In this document: positions 6,301-14,578 of the stretch, piece by piece
Position numbering within the stretch: position 1 is the first letter of the stretch
Layout of the letters: the number at the start of each line of letters is the position of its first letter
NCBI RefSeq assembly: GCF_024753565.1
Contig: NZ_JANTPT010000001.1
Location: forward strand, 1,659,336 to 1,691,335
Source: Mechercharimyces sp. CAU 1602
Lineage (GTDB): Bacteria; Bacillota; Bacilli; Thermoactinomycetales; JANTPT01
DNA length: 32,000 nucleotides
Direction of reading: 5' to 3'
Translations under genes and position numbers: made by a program
The notes under the pieces: generated by a model
The model's input: the letters and a program-made list of their open reading frames with translations, nothing else
Told to the model about the DNA's origin: nothing
Database searches by the model: none

Positions 6301-8997
6301 ATCAAAGAAGATGCCATCCAGCAACACCATTACGCCGCACACTCCATCAATCAAAAGCATCTTCAGCCCAATTCCATCTCCACCGAACATTTGAGTTCAC
6401 AAACCGTGCAGGCGAAACATTTAGCACCCTCTACTATTCACAACAAGCATCTTACTACCGCTGCCGTAGAAAGTAAACATATCGCTGACCAATCCATCCA
6501 GACGAAGCATTTAACAAAAGCGGCAGTACAAAGTGAGCATATTGCAAAGCAAGCCATCGGGTATGAACAATTACAAGAAAATATCGTGCACAGTGAAAAT
6601 ATTGCCGATCACTCCATTCTTACGCCTCACCTTACCCACCATGTAATCGCAGCCCAACATCTCGCACCACAGGCAATTCATTCTACGCACCTACAAACAG
6701 AAGCCATACAAAACGAACATATCGCCAAGCAGGCTATCCAGGCTCCGCACTTGGGCAAACATGTCATTTCAGATGAACACATCGCTCCCTATGCTATCAG
6801 CAATGAGCATTTGCAAGAAAATATAGTACACAGCAAAAACATCGCAGCTAAATCCATAGACACCAAACATCTCTCAAATGATATCATCACAACAGATCAT
6901 CTCACCGATCGCGCCATCAGCCACGAACAAATACAACAGGATGCTGTACATGGTGAACATATCGCCCCGAATTCCATTCATACAAAGCACCTCACCAGTC
7001 AAGCCATTACTGCCGACCACATCGCCGATCAATCCATCGGGCAAGCGCAATTGCAAGAAGATGCCGTGCAGGGGGAGCATATTGCTAATCTATCGATTCA
7101 AGCAAGACATCTCTCAAATGAAGCCATTACGACTGATCATATTGCACCCGCCGCCATTGCTTCGCCTCATCTTCAACCCGAAAGTGTCAGCAGTCAACAC
7201 TTACAGGCACAAACAGTTGATACAACACACCTTAAAGGAAATATCATCCAAAGCGAGCACCTTACACAACAATCCATTCAACATAAACACCTTCAATCCG
7301 ATACCGTTCACAGCGACAATATCGCTGATGAAGCAATCTCAGCCCGACACCTATCCAGAAATCTCATTTCAACAGAGCATATTGCACCCGCTGCGATATC
7401 CACCACCCATCTCCAGCCAGAAAGTGTGGGTAATCAACACTTACAAGCGGAAACCATCTCCACTTCTCACCTACAAGAAGACATCATTTACAGCCAACAT
7501 CTTACGCCAGAAGCAGTCGCCCATCGTCACCTACAACAACAAGCCGTTCAGAGTGAAAATATCGCCGATGATTCCATTTACACCAATCACCTCACCAATA
7601 AAGCTGTAACGGGTGAAAACATCGCCGATGGTTCCATCTACACCAATCACCTAACTAAAAAAGCTGTAACGGGTGAAAACATCGCTGATCAAGCAATTCA
7701 TCATTCACATCTTCAAATAAACAGTATCAGCGGGGAACATATACAAAGTGATTCCATCTCTGCTGCCCATCTTTCAAATGGGGTCATTACCAACCGTCAT
7801 CTCAGCAATGAAGCGATTCAAGGAGAGCATATCTCTCCTGATACAATCAGCAACATTCACCTCAAAATTGGCTCCATCATGCGAGATCATATTGCAGATC
7901 AGGCAGTCAGCACACGCCATATCGAAGCTGAAGCCATTAACAGAGCCCACATCGCACCACAAAGTATCCAAGCCAAGCATCTTACTACCAACAGTATTGA
8001 GAAAGATCATATACAACCGAATAGTATCGACAGTGAGCAGCTTAATCATGACGCAGTAACGGGCGAACACCTCAGCAAACAATCGATTCAACCGGAACAC
8101 CTTTCACCACGATCAATCCACAGCGAACATCTACAGGAACAAATCATTGACGGTAAACATTTGAAAAAAGGGAGTATCCAGTCTGAGCATTTGAATGATT
8201 GTACCCTTACCAGTAACCACATCGCCCCCGAATCCATTGCCACTGATCACCTACAGCAAGATGTGGTACATGGATTTCATATCGCTCATAACACAATTGA
8301 TGAAACCCATCTAGCTGAGCATGCTATTACCGAAACACAAATTGCTCCTGAAGCGATCACAGCGAAGCATCTTCAACCCTCATCTGTCCAGTCTAACCAT
8401 ATATCTCAAGGAAGCGTTACCTCTACTCATCTCGATAAAAATACGATTCATGCTGAGCATCTCTCACCCGATTCTATTGTGAGCACACACATTCAAGCTG
8501 AAGCCATTCAACAAAAGCATATCGCTTCACAAGCGATCTCGGCAGAACATATAACTAACGGCTCCATCGGCAACAAACATATAGCACCCCACTCCATCGG
8601 ACTGGATAAACTTAATTTTCATCCCAATATCATCTTCCATTCACCCTTTTCAGCACAATGTGGAACACACCATTTCCAAATTCAAGAGAATGAAACCAAC
8701 ACCCTCATTCATATTGATTTGGAGCAACACTTCACTGCCAGCGACTATGTTGTTGTCGCGATGACTGACAACAATGCTACTCAGGTTCACTTGGTAGATC
8801 GTCAACAAAAACGCTTTACTGTAAATGTACAACAATGCGCTCATAGTGAGGAAACAGATTGTCAAGGCTCCATCTCTTGGATCGCTATGGGAGCTTCTCC
8901 CGCTCATCAACATATTCGTCGCTCACAAAAAGATCTAAGCGATCTCTCTAGTATCCCTACCCCGTTTCAAAGCGACGGCAAGTGGACACATCCATAA
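3346..8997 (+). CDS. Giant (1,883 aa) histidine-rich decapeptide-repeat protein with a C-terminal WIAMG-containing ('WIAG-tail'-like) domain and no signal peptide
   Basis: Single uninterrupted 5,652-nt ORF. The TTG start lies 9 nt after GAAAGGGG. Hairpin terminators sit on both sides (3168-3222 and 9024-9061). The N-terminal ~170 aa are basic then acidic low-complexity sequence. About 157 decapeptide units follow. The last ~128 aa are non-repetitive and contain SISWIAMGAS. Confidence 0.85.
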   Translation: MAQNKKRPTKRSVKGKKNITQEDERILKQIVHHHGDPAPVKQATIWLSDNGGATNTRKKGSVESNHQLHQPDNYSLQQGPIRDEEEFSSSSIQAQSDDVSFISSMIDPHSQSEPGAPPPSYIRDFAGSTEWGNTELDEDEDSNDEVIHTTDHTSETANTGKKSFLHTESVDASHIKAGAIHDHHILPRAVQAKHIQNRSIAGRHLSESIIRRITTPYIAPASLSGEHLMEGVISTSHLQNEAITGGKISAHAIQSQHLEHGAVVNHHVRDHSISGNKLSPNSITTDNIAPQAIHSKHISSRSIEGVHFKKGAIQSEHILSNAIASQHINPKSIEAKHILPQAIQEDQLANESVTSKKLAPKSIQAKHLTQDSVKKNHISALSITTDHLDSQAVVGKKIAPHAIQSRHIASQSITSDHLFNDSISGEKIASHSIGEQHLMNKTVNSQHLQDESVHTHHLGKQVIASDHLGEQIVNSEHVNNEAIQGEHLAKEAISGEHLQKEAISGKKIAPQSIGEQHLLEKTVNSLHLQDESIQTHHLGKQVIASDHLGEQIVNSEHVNNEAIQGKHLAKEAIASEHLQKGVITSDHIDDESIVSTHLSALSVSGKHLTERSVDSDHIKAGAIDGSHIAKESISPKHLTKGTITSDQLANEAVHSNHLSRQSVTSQHIGSNTISPHHLCAQTIQHKHLDNGAVTGKNLAERAVQSTHLSDQSVNSQHIAPASIQSEHLALGSIASEHLSDDIMQNFTPPSITQDHIAKDSITSEQIAPGVIDQTHIQKNAIHGDHIDEFSIQSHHLAIQSILDEHLSDGSIGDTHIKPQSIQSEHLADFSVHSQHLAIDSVTNEQLADNSVDHIHLKHQSVQSRHIVDEAIDSTHLKPTIIQGKHIKKQTLQAQHLAPDSITGEHLKDESIKTNHMQAGSIQGQHLAHRSIATEHLRDHTVISAHLGEKVILAKHLAPSIIDSDHIRKHSVQTQHLTEQSIGSDHIKEDAIQQHHYAAHSINQKHLQPNSISTEHLSSQTVQAKHLAPSTIHNKHLTTAAVESKHIADQSIQTKHLTKAAVQSEHIAKQAIGYEQLQENIVHSENIADHSILTPHLTHHVIAAQHLAPQAIHSTHLQTEAIQNEHIAKQAIQAPHLGKHVISDEHIAPYAISNEHLQENIVHSKNIAAKSIDTKHLSNDIITTDHLTDRAISHEQIQQDAVHGEHIAPNSIHTKHLTSQAITADHIADQSIGQAQLQEDAVQGEHIANLSIQARHLSNEAITTDHIAPAAIASPHLQPESVSSQHLQAQTVDTTHLKGNIIQSEHLTQQSIQHKHLQSDTVHSDNIADEAISARHLSRNLISTEHIAPAAISTTHLQPESVGNQHLQAETISTSHLQEDIIYSQHLTPEAVAHRHLQQQAVQSENIADDSIYTNHLTNKAVTGENIADGSIYTNHLTKKAVTGENIADQAIHHSHLQINSISGEHIQSDSISAAHLSNGVITNRHLSNEAIQGEHISPDTISNIHLKIGSIMRDHIADQAVSTRHIEAEAINRAHIAPQSIQAKHLTTNSIEKDHIQPNSIDSEQLNHDAVTGEHLSKQSIQPEHLSPRSIHSEHLQEQIIDGKHLKKGSIQSEHLNDCTLTSNHIAPESIATDHLQQDVVHGFHIAHNTIDETHLAEHAITETQIAPEAITAKHLQPSSVQSNHISQGSVTSTHLDKNTIHAEHLSPDSIVSTHIQAEAIQQKHIASQAISAEHITNGSIGNKHIAPHSIGLDKLNFHPNIIFHSPFSAQCGTHHFQIQENETNTLIHIDLEQHFTASDYVVVAMTDNNATQVHLVDRQQKRFTVNVQQCAHSEETDCQGSISWIAMGASPAHQHIRRSQKDLSDLSSIPTPFQSDGKWTHP
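4611..5090 (+). repeat. Near-identical 240-nt (80-aa, 8-unit) tandem duplication inside the giant ORF
   Basis: 4641-4658 (gattggagaacaacacct) recurs at 4881-4898. The stretch ggaagcaagtgatcgccagcgatcacttgggagaacaaattgtaaatagtgaacatgtgaataa[tc]gaagcaatccaagg occurs at ~4721-4799 and again at ~4961-5039. At protein level, ISGEKIASHSIGEQHL...EAISGEHLQKEA matches ISGKKIAPQSIGEQHL...EAIASEHLQKG. Confidence 0.9.
6841..7560 (+). repeat. Three diverged copies of a 240-nt (80-aa) higher-order repeat
   Basis: Units starting at 6841, 7081 and 7321 begin IAAKSIDTKHLSNDIITTDH, IANLSIQARHLSNEAITTDH and IADEAISARHLSRNLISTEH. Copies 2 and 3 also share HIAPAAI(A/S)..HLQPESV..QHLQA(Q/E)T. Nucleotide matches are seen at 7141 vs 7381. 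Confidence 0.7.
7561..7680 (+). repeat. 60-nt (20-aa) tandem duplication
   Basis: 7561 atcgccgatgattccatttacaccaatcacctcaccaataaagctgtaacgggtgaaaac versus 7621 atcgccgatggttccatctacaccaatcacctaactaaaaaagctgtaacgggtgaaaac. At protein level, IADDSIYTNHLTNKAVTGEN / IADGSIYTNHLTKKAVTGEN. Confidence 0.9.
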
Positions 8998-9023
8998 ACC
9001 CACTTTATAAAAACAACTAAAAA

Positions 9024-9061
9024 AGCCACATAAAAGCGGGAATTCCCGCTTTTATGTGGCT
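9024..9061. terminator. Bidirectional rho-independent terminator between the convergent giant ORF (+) and spoVR (-)
   Basis: Perfect 17-bp stem AGCCACATAAAAGCGGG / CCCGCTTTTATGTGGCT with a 4-nt AATT loop. An A-run lies upstream and ACTTTTCT downstream. Confidence 0.85.
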
Positions 9062-9077
9062 ACTTTTCTATTCTAAT

Positions 9078-10496
9078 TTACAAGAAACGACGGTTGCATT
9101 TATTACCATTAAAGCTAAATAACACACTCCGTCCTTCAATCGTCGTTTCAATGTGTACCGTGCGCCCCCATAATTCAAATAGATGGGGTAGCGTCTTCTC
9201 CAAGTATTTCACATCTAGTTCGGTCCCCTCATACTGGTGTTTCAGATAAAGCTCTCGATTTTGCATATAATCACCCTCTTGTACCACCAAGTACGGATGT
9301 CCTCCGTTGATGCGGCTCGCCACCAACTGATCACGCACTTTTTCCCAATTTTTATCCTCTATGGTCCAATCATTACCTCTACGTCCGAAGAGATAAAGAT
9401 CAAGCTCATCTACCAGCTCCTTTGTCAAATAGTTACGGATGAAGGAAGTATCCGAATCCACCTCACGAATTTCAAAAAGTTTCTCCCGCCCACTACCTGG
9501 TTTTCGTCCATAACGCTCCTGTTCTTCTTCTGATGGCTCATCCCACCTGCGCTCAATATCCTCTAGCATTTTTAGCCCAAGGTAATACGGATTGATCGAT
9601 GTGCTAGACGGTTGGATAACAGATGCGTTAAGCTTTGCAAATTCCACTGTCTCCTCTTCTGTCAAATTCATTTCGCGTAAAATACGAATATGCCAATACG
9701 AAGCCCATCCCTCATTCATCACTTTTGTTTCCATCTGTGGCCAAAAGTACAGCATCTCTTCCCGTATCATCGTTAGTACATCTTGTTGCCACTCTTCCAA
9801 CACCTGACTATGGTGCATAATATACAAAAGCAAATCTTTCTGTGGTTCCATCTTACTCTTTTTGCGCTCTACCCTTGTCTCTTCATTCGCACGATCATCC
9901 AATCTCCACAATGCGTCATATGGAGCTGGGGCAGAAGGACGATTAGCTGCCCCCTCTTCTTTCTTATCCTCTTGCTCCCAGTCAGAATTCTGTCTCATTA
10001 AGCTTGGGTCAATATGTTCTTGCACCGCTAACGCATGATCTAAAAACTCTTCTACCTCTTGTTTCCCATACCGTATTTCATAAGAACGAATTCGCTCTGC
10101 ACTTGCCGCCATACTTTCCACCATATCACGCGATGTATGGGAGAACTGAACGTTATTTTTAAAGAAGTCACAGTGTGCCAATACATGGGCAACAATTAGC
10201 TTATTTTGAATCAGGCTGTTTCCTTCCAACAAAAAAGCGTAGCACGGATTAGAGTTGATCACCAGCTCATAAATACGGCTTAAATTCAGATCATACTGAA
10301 GTTTCATTCTATAAAATGACTTTCCAAAACTCCAGTGCGAAAATCGGGTCGGCATTCCATATGCACCAAAAGTATATATAATGTCTGCAGGGCAAATCTC
10401 ATAACGCATGGGGTAGAAATCCAGTTTAAAACCACGTGCGATTTCAGTTATTTCATCAATTGCTCGCTCCAACCCTTTAAGATCTGCTGATGTCAC
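9078..10496 (-). CDS. spoVR: Stage V sporulation protein R (SpoVR family)
   Basis: Family-typical sequence: [60 protein letters not shown] place the start at the GTG at 10496 (VTSADLKG...) because AAAGGGGAG lies 8 nt upstream. The ORF-track start at 10526 would add 10 aa with no RBS. The resulting 472 aa is close to the B. subtilis SpoVR length as I recall it. Confidence 0.9.
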   Translation of the reverse strand: MTSADLKGLERAIDEITEIARGFKLDFYPMRYEICPADIIYTFGAYGMPTRFSHWSFGKSFYRMKLQYDLNLSRIYELVINSNPCYAFLLEGNSLIQNKLIVAHVLAHCDFFKNNVQFSHTSRDMVESMAASAERIRSYEIRYGKQEVEEFLDHALAVQEHIDPSLMRQNSDWEQEDKKEEGAANRPSAPAPYDALWRLDDRANEETRVERKKSKMEPQKDLLLYIMHHSQVLEEWQQDVLTMIREEMLYFWPQMETKVMNEGWASYWHIRILREMNLTEEETVEFAKLNASVIQPSSTSINPYYLGLKMLEDIERRWDEPSEEEQERYGRKPGSGREKLFEIREVDSDTSFIRNYLTKELVDELDLYLFGRRGNDWTIEDKNWEKVRDQLVASRINGGHPYLVVQEGDYMQNRELYLKHQYEGTELDVKYLEKTLPHLFELWGRTVHIETTIEGRSVLFSFNGNKCNRRFL

Positions 10497-10644
10497 GCTT
10501 GCAACTCCCCTTTCCCAGTGGGTCACACAGACTCACGGTGATATTTATCATTATACGTAGAGAGCAACGGAACGTTTCTAGACATCTGCTTTTTAATCCC
10601 ACCATTATACCGCTACAGTTACCTTAAAGCGGATCTTTTCATGC

Positions 10645-10676
10645 GTAAAAGGTGTGATCGCATGACCACACCTTAA
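10645..10676 (-). terminator. Putative terminator after kynB
   Basis: Minus-strand hairpin AAGGTGTG ... CACACCTT (8 bp) starting 5 nt after the kynB stop, followed by TTTTAC. The U-tract is short. Confidence 0.45.
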
Positions 10677-10680
10677 AAAA

Positions 10681-11301
10681 TTATAAGGGGCGTAATACGG
10701 CCCTTACTGGACTCCCATCCGCTTCTTTAAGCGGTAGTGGCAATGCAATCAGTTCATACTTGCCCGCATCTATTTGATCCAATACCGCCCCCTCTAAAAT
10801 ATGTATACCGGCCGCATGCAAAGCATGATGTGCACGCAATTCCTTACTATCTAGTGGATCGACCGAAGGCACGTCCAAACCTAATAGACGCACGCCCTTG
10901 TCCGCTAGATAAGGAGCAATCTCCGGCTCCATATAAGTGATCGACTCAGGAAAAGAAGAATAATCCTTCCAAGCGTCCGTACGAATAAAGAGGCGCTCTA
11001 CACCTGTTAAATCATAAGTTAATAACTCTTGAACTCCAATTGACGTACGCTCAGGCAAGTGTAGGACCAGCACTTCACCCACATACAAGCTGAGATCTAA
11101 ATCTAAAATCTTTGCGCCCTCTTCATCAAAGTGAAAAGGGGCGTCCACATGTGTACCTGTATGCGTACTAAGATTTATTTGCCCTACATTGACCGAACCG
11201 CTTTCCTCCTTTGTCCATGTCAAATCATAAGAGAAAGGAGTATCTCCTGGCCATACGGGCATCCCTTCCTGGAGCGGCTGAGAAATATCGATCCACTTCA
11301 T
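10681..11301 (-). CDS. kynB: Kynurenine formamidase (arylformamidase, cyclase family)
   Basis: 206 aa. The [10 protein letters not shown]...MPVWPGD...STHTGTHVDAPFHF metal-binding signature is typical of bacterial KynB. Its ATG overlaps the kynU stop (TAATG). Confidence 0.85.
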   Translation of the reverse strand: MKWIDISQPLQEGMPVWPGDTPFSYDLTWTKEESGSVNVGQINLSTHTGTHVDAPFHFDEEGAKILDLDLSLYVGEVLVLHLPERTSIGVQELLTYDLTGVERLFIRTDAWKDYSSFPESITYMEPEIAPYLADKGVRLLGLDVPSVDPLDSKELRAHHALHAAGIHILEGAVLDQIDAGKYELIALPLPLKEADGSPVRAVLRPL

Positions 11302-12584
11302 TATGCCACCACTTCACGTTTTTTTTCGTATTTCTCATATCGTTTTTCAACCATAATACGCTTCAATACTTGCACTGTCTGCCACACCTCAAGATACGAG
11401 GTGTAGAGTGCGATTGGAGCTAATCGTATAATATTAGGTTCGCGGTAATCTGGGATGATGCCTTCTTCTTTTAATGCTTTACAAATCCGTATCGCCTCTT
11501 CATGCACCAGTGCAATATGCCCACCACGCCGGTGATCCTCTGTCGGGTTCATAAATGAAAACCCTGTATTCCCCATCTCTGCTTGAATCAAATCCATCAT
11601 ATATCGTGTCATATGCAAAGACTTCTCTCTAATCTGTTCGATCCCGGCTTCTTCAAAAATCTCCAAAGAACCATATAGTGGGGCCATGCTTAATACATGC
11701 GGTGTCCCGATCTGAAATGCTCCTGCCGTTTGCGCAGGCTCCAACTGATGTTTCATATCAAATTGCTTCTCTTTATCCGAACTAAACCATCCGGCTAGAG
11801 CAGGCGTCGCCCCTAAATGCTTCTCGTGAACATACAATCCTGCTACCCCGCCAGGTCCACTATTTACATATTTATAGTGACACCAGACCGCAAAGTCAAC
11901 ATCCCATCCATTAAAAGCATGGGGAATAGCTCCAATCGAGTGACAAGCATCAAACCCGATGACGATTCCATTCTTCTTTGCTTCAGAGGTGAGTCGCTGA
12001 ATATCTAACAATTGCCCACTGCGATACAACACTGTAGGAAGAAGGATAAGGGCTACTTCATCTGTCATCATCTCAATGATGTCTTCTTCTTCTATCATCT
12101 TTCCATCCCGACTCAGAACTTGTAACAGGTGTTCATCTGGATCAAATCCATGGATGCGCAATTGGCTTTGCAGTGCATAAATATCTGAAGGGAACGTCAA
12201 CGTGTCTGCTAAAATCTTGGTTCGCTTCCCTTCCGGTCGATAAAAGGTAGCCACCAATTGATGAATATTGATCGTCGTGGAACCTGTTACAATCACTTCA
12301 TCTGGTAACGCTCCAATCAGAGGAGCTACTTTTGCCCCCAAGGTTTCTGCCATCTCATACCATGGTCGCTTCCCTTTCATCCACCCATCTATGCCAAACT
12401 GGCGCCAATCCGCCATCACGTCTAATAGCGTTTGTTCTGCTCGCTTAGACATCAAACCAAGTGAATTGCCATCCAGATAGATGGTTCCTTCTGCCTGATA
12501 AAACTCTGTCTTATAACGTGCCAGTTCATCTTCTTGATCTAATTCCACAGCATACTGGCGGCTCAAATTATCCAAGTTGGTCAC
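11301..12584 (-). CDS. kynU: Kynureninase (PLP-dependent)
   Basis: Aminotransferase class V-like sequence with kynureninase-typical blocks: [38 protein letters not shown] and GWFS....F. I place the start at the GTG at 12584 (VTNLDN...), 7 nt after AAAGGAAG. The ORF-track start at 12635 would overlap the kynA 3' end by 25 nt. Confidence 0.88.
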   Translation of the reverse strand: MTNLDNLSRQYAVELDQEDELARYKTEFYQAEGTIYLDGNSLGLMSKRAEQTLLDVMADWRQFGIDGWMKGKRPWYEMAETLGAKVAPLIGALPDEVIVTGSTTINIHQLVATFYRPEGKRTKILADTLTFPSDIYALQSQLRIHGFDPDEHLLQVLSRDGKMIEEEDIIEMMTDEVALILLPTVLYRSGQLLDIQRLTSEAKKNGIVIGFDACHSIGAIPHAFNGWDVDFAVWCHYKYVNSGPGGVAGLYVHEKHLGATPALAGWFSSDKEKQFDMKHQLEPAQTAGAFQIGTPHVLSMAPLYGSLEIFEEAGIEQIREKSLHMTRYMMDLIQAEMGNTGFSFMNPTEDHRRGGHIALVHEEAIRICKALKEEGIIPDYREPNIIRLAPIALYTSYLEVWQTVQVLKRIMVEKRYEKYEKKREVVA

Positions 12585-12610
12585 TTGCACACTTCCTTTC
12601 TCTCTTCGTT

Positions 12611-13450
12611 CTACAATTTCGTCCTTAGCTCCCACAATTCTGGAAACATACGTTGATCAATAACTTGCTTTAAATAGGAAACACCTGAAGATCCTCCCGT
12701 ACCCATCTTCATCCCAATCACTCGTTCCACTGTTTTCATATGACGGAAACGCCATTGTTGAAAACGATCTTCAAGATCAACTAGTTTCTCTGCTAAATCA
12801 TATAAGTCCCAGTACTTCTCAACATCGCGATACACCTGTAACCAAGCTTCCTCCACACTAGGGTGAGCAGCATAAGGCTCCTTCCAATCCCTATTCAACA
12901 CAGCGGAATCAACACTTATCCCTCTTTGTGCAAGTGCTTGGATCGACACATCGTAGATGCTAGGTTCGTGTAACACCTGCTCTAGTCGTTTATACCGTGG
13001 TTGATCATGTTGGTAAATTTCTAAGATGCGCTCATTTTTCTTTCCGAGGAGGAACTCAATCTCACGATTTTGGAACGATTGAAAACCGGATGATTTCCCA
13101 AGGGCATCACGAAATTCCATGTATTCGGAAGGTGTAAGTGTCGACAATACGTCCCATGATTGGATTAACTGAAGTTGACTTTTTGAAACCCGTGAAAGCA
13201 TTTTAAAAGAAGGCTCTAATTCACCTCTACTAATACATGCTTTTGCCTCGGATAGCTCATGAATCATCAGTTTCATCCATAGCTCACTTGCTTGATGAAT
13301 AATGATAAATAGCATCTCATCATGATGGCCTGACAATCGCCGTTGGCTGGATAAGATCTGATCTAACTGTAGATATTCTCCGTAACTCATTTCCTCTTTA
13401 AAATCGGTGTGCATCCCTTTCTCCCACACTTGTCCTTGCTTCTTTTCCAT
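12611..13450 (-). CDS. kynA: Tryptophan 2,3-dioxygenase
   Basis: [15 protein letters not shown]...[19 protein letters not shown] and [11 protein letters not shown] are TDO hallmarks. I place the start at the ATG at 13450 (MEKKQGQ...), 8 nt after GGAGG. The result is 279 aa. Confidence 0.9.
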   Translation of the reverse strand: MEKKQGQVWEKGMHTDFKEEMSYGEYLQLDQILSSQRRLSGHHDEMLFIIIHQASELWMKLMIHELSEAKACISRGELEPSFKMLSRVSKSQLQLIQSWDVLSTLTPSEYMEFRDALGKSSGFQSFQNREIEFLLGKKNERILEIYQHDQPRYKRLEQVLHEPSIYDVSIQALAQRGISVDSAVLNRDWKEPYAAHPSVEEAWLQVYRDVEKYWDLYDLAEKLVDLEDRFQQWRFRHMKTVERVIGMKMGTGGSSGVSYLKQVIDQRMFPELWELRTKL

Positions 13451-13702
13451 TGTAGGACCTCCATACTCATAATCCATTCTTCTCTTTTAGGATACCGAAT
13501 GCAAAGCAGATAATCACCCCCATATTTATACTCGTCTACAATCCATACTATTCAAACTTATCCACTTGCTTTCATATGACACCCATATCTTAAATGAATG
13601 GCTTTATCCTGTAATACCCGCATAAGCCTAGACACAATATGAAGGAAAGGAGTAATCTATATTTAAGCATATGCAATCCACAGCGGTTTAAAGGAGTGGA
13701 AT

Positions 13703-14500
13703 ATGAAATTGAATATTCTTAATCATTTACCTTTAGGTAGCTTCGATTTACACCTGCATACAACCGCCTCTGATGGACATTACTCACCTACCGAAGTGGT
13801 TAAAAAAGCAAAAGAAGCAAACTTGAGTACAATCGCCATTACCGATCACGATACATTGGCCGGAGTGGAAGAAGCAGTAGAAGCAGGACGTGTGCATGGT
13901 ATTAAGGTGATTCCCGCTGTAGAGATCTCAACAAAATGGAAAAATCGCAACATCGATATACTGGGCTATAATATGAAACATCCTCATCTTCTGCATCAAC
14001 GTCTAGCTGCTTATCGTGATTTTCGGAAAAAGCGAGCAGAACGCATCCTTACAAAGCTAACCCGCCTAGGCATGCCGCTTTCCCTCAATGACGTCAAGAA
14101 GTATTGCAGTGATGATCTGATCGCCCGCCCACATATTGCAAATGCGATGGTGGATAAAGGGTATGTTTCCTCCATCAAAATCGCATTTGATCACTATCTA
14201 GGTGATGGTAAGCCAGCCGCTGTGGAAAAGAAAGTACTCTCGGTTGTCGATGGAATTCAACTCATTCATGAGACTGGCGGGGTTGCTGTATTGGCTCACC
14301 CCATCTATATTCAGAGCTTGTCCCTCGTAGAAGAGCTGATTTGTGAAGGGTTTGATGGTATTGAGGTATGGCATCGTAATCACAATCATAAAGATAGCAA
14401 ACAATTTCAGAAGATAGCAGAAAAGTACCGCCTTCTTATGACTGGGGGCTCCGATTTTCATCACGATGCACATACCATCGGTACTTTTCTCACTCTTTAA
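13703..14500 (+). CDS. PHP-domain metal-dependent phosphoesterase (TrpH/YciV-like)
   Basis: 265 aa. FDLHLHTTASDG...IAITDHDT, then VLAHP, and GGSDFH near the C-terminus, match the PHP His/Asp motif set. An AAAGGAG RBS lies upstream of the ATG. Confidence 0.8.
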   Translation: MKLNILNHLPLGSFDLHLHTTASDGHYSPTEVVKKAKEANLSTIAITDHDTLAGVEEAVEAGRVHGIKVIPAVEISTKWKNRNIDILGYNMKHPHLLHQRLAAYRDFRKKRAERILTKLTRLGMPLSLNDVKKYCSDDLIARPHIANAMVDKGYVSSIKIAFDHYLGDGKPAAVEKKVLSVVDGIQLIHETGGVAVLAHPIYIQSLSLVEELICEGFDGIEVWHRNHNHKDSKQFQKIAEKYRLLMTGGSDFHHDAHTIGTFLTL

Positions 14501-14510
14501 CTTTTTCTTT

Positions 14511-14545
14511 GACAAACCCGTTAGCATGCTAACTGTTTTTTCGTC
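14511..14545 (+). terminator. Possible weak terminator after the PHP gene
   Basis: Palindrome GTTAGCATGCTAAC (14520-14533) followed by TGTTTTTTCG. The stem is short, with a very small loop. Confidence 0.35.
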
Positions 14546-14578
14546 CATTTATATGGAGTACTTCCTTATCACCACTCT

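Larger units (their letters stand above)
3862..8610 (+). repeat. In-frame 30-nt (10-aa) coding repeat array of ~157 units, consensus [S/A]-[I/V]-x-x-x-H-[L/I]-x-x-x, with an alternating 20-aa super-unit (H-I-A-x-x-S-I-x-x-x-H-L-x-x-x-A-[V/I]-x-x-E)
   Basis: This can be read straight off the 60-nt sequence lines. From 5610 to 8580 every 30th codon is CAT/CAC (rarely CAA/CAG/AAC/AAT) and each line begins at[ct]gc/ct/tt. From 4026 to 5556 the same holds in a phase shifted by 6 nt. Confidence 0.9.

Noticed and set aside
3862-8610. The strict 30-nt periodicity could be flagged as a CRISPR-like or satellite array by a period detector.
   Set aside because: The periodicity lies entirely inside one long uninterrupted ORF and is in frame. 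Conservation is at amino-acid positions (His, Ile/Leu, Ser/Ala) with synonymous variation, there is no repeat/spacer alternation, and no cas genes are present. It is a coding repeat.
3425-8913. Many 60-243-aa ORFs in other frames or on the opposite strand of the giant gene, for example 6878..7609 (+), 4601..4876 (-), 7774..8100 (-) and 8650..8913 (-).
   Set aside because: They are fully nested in the 5.6-kb ORF, lack RBSs, and have low-complexity translations that mirror the repeat in shifted frames. The repeat composition simply depletes stop codons in alternative frames.
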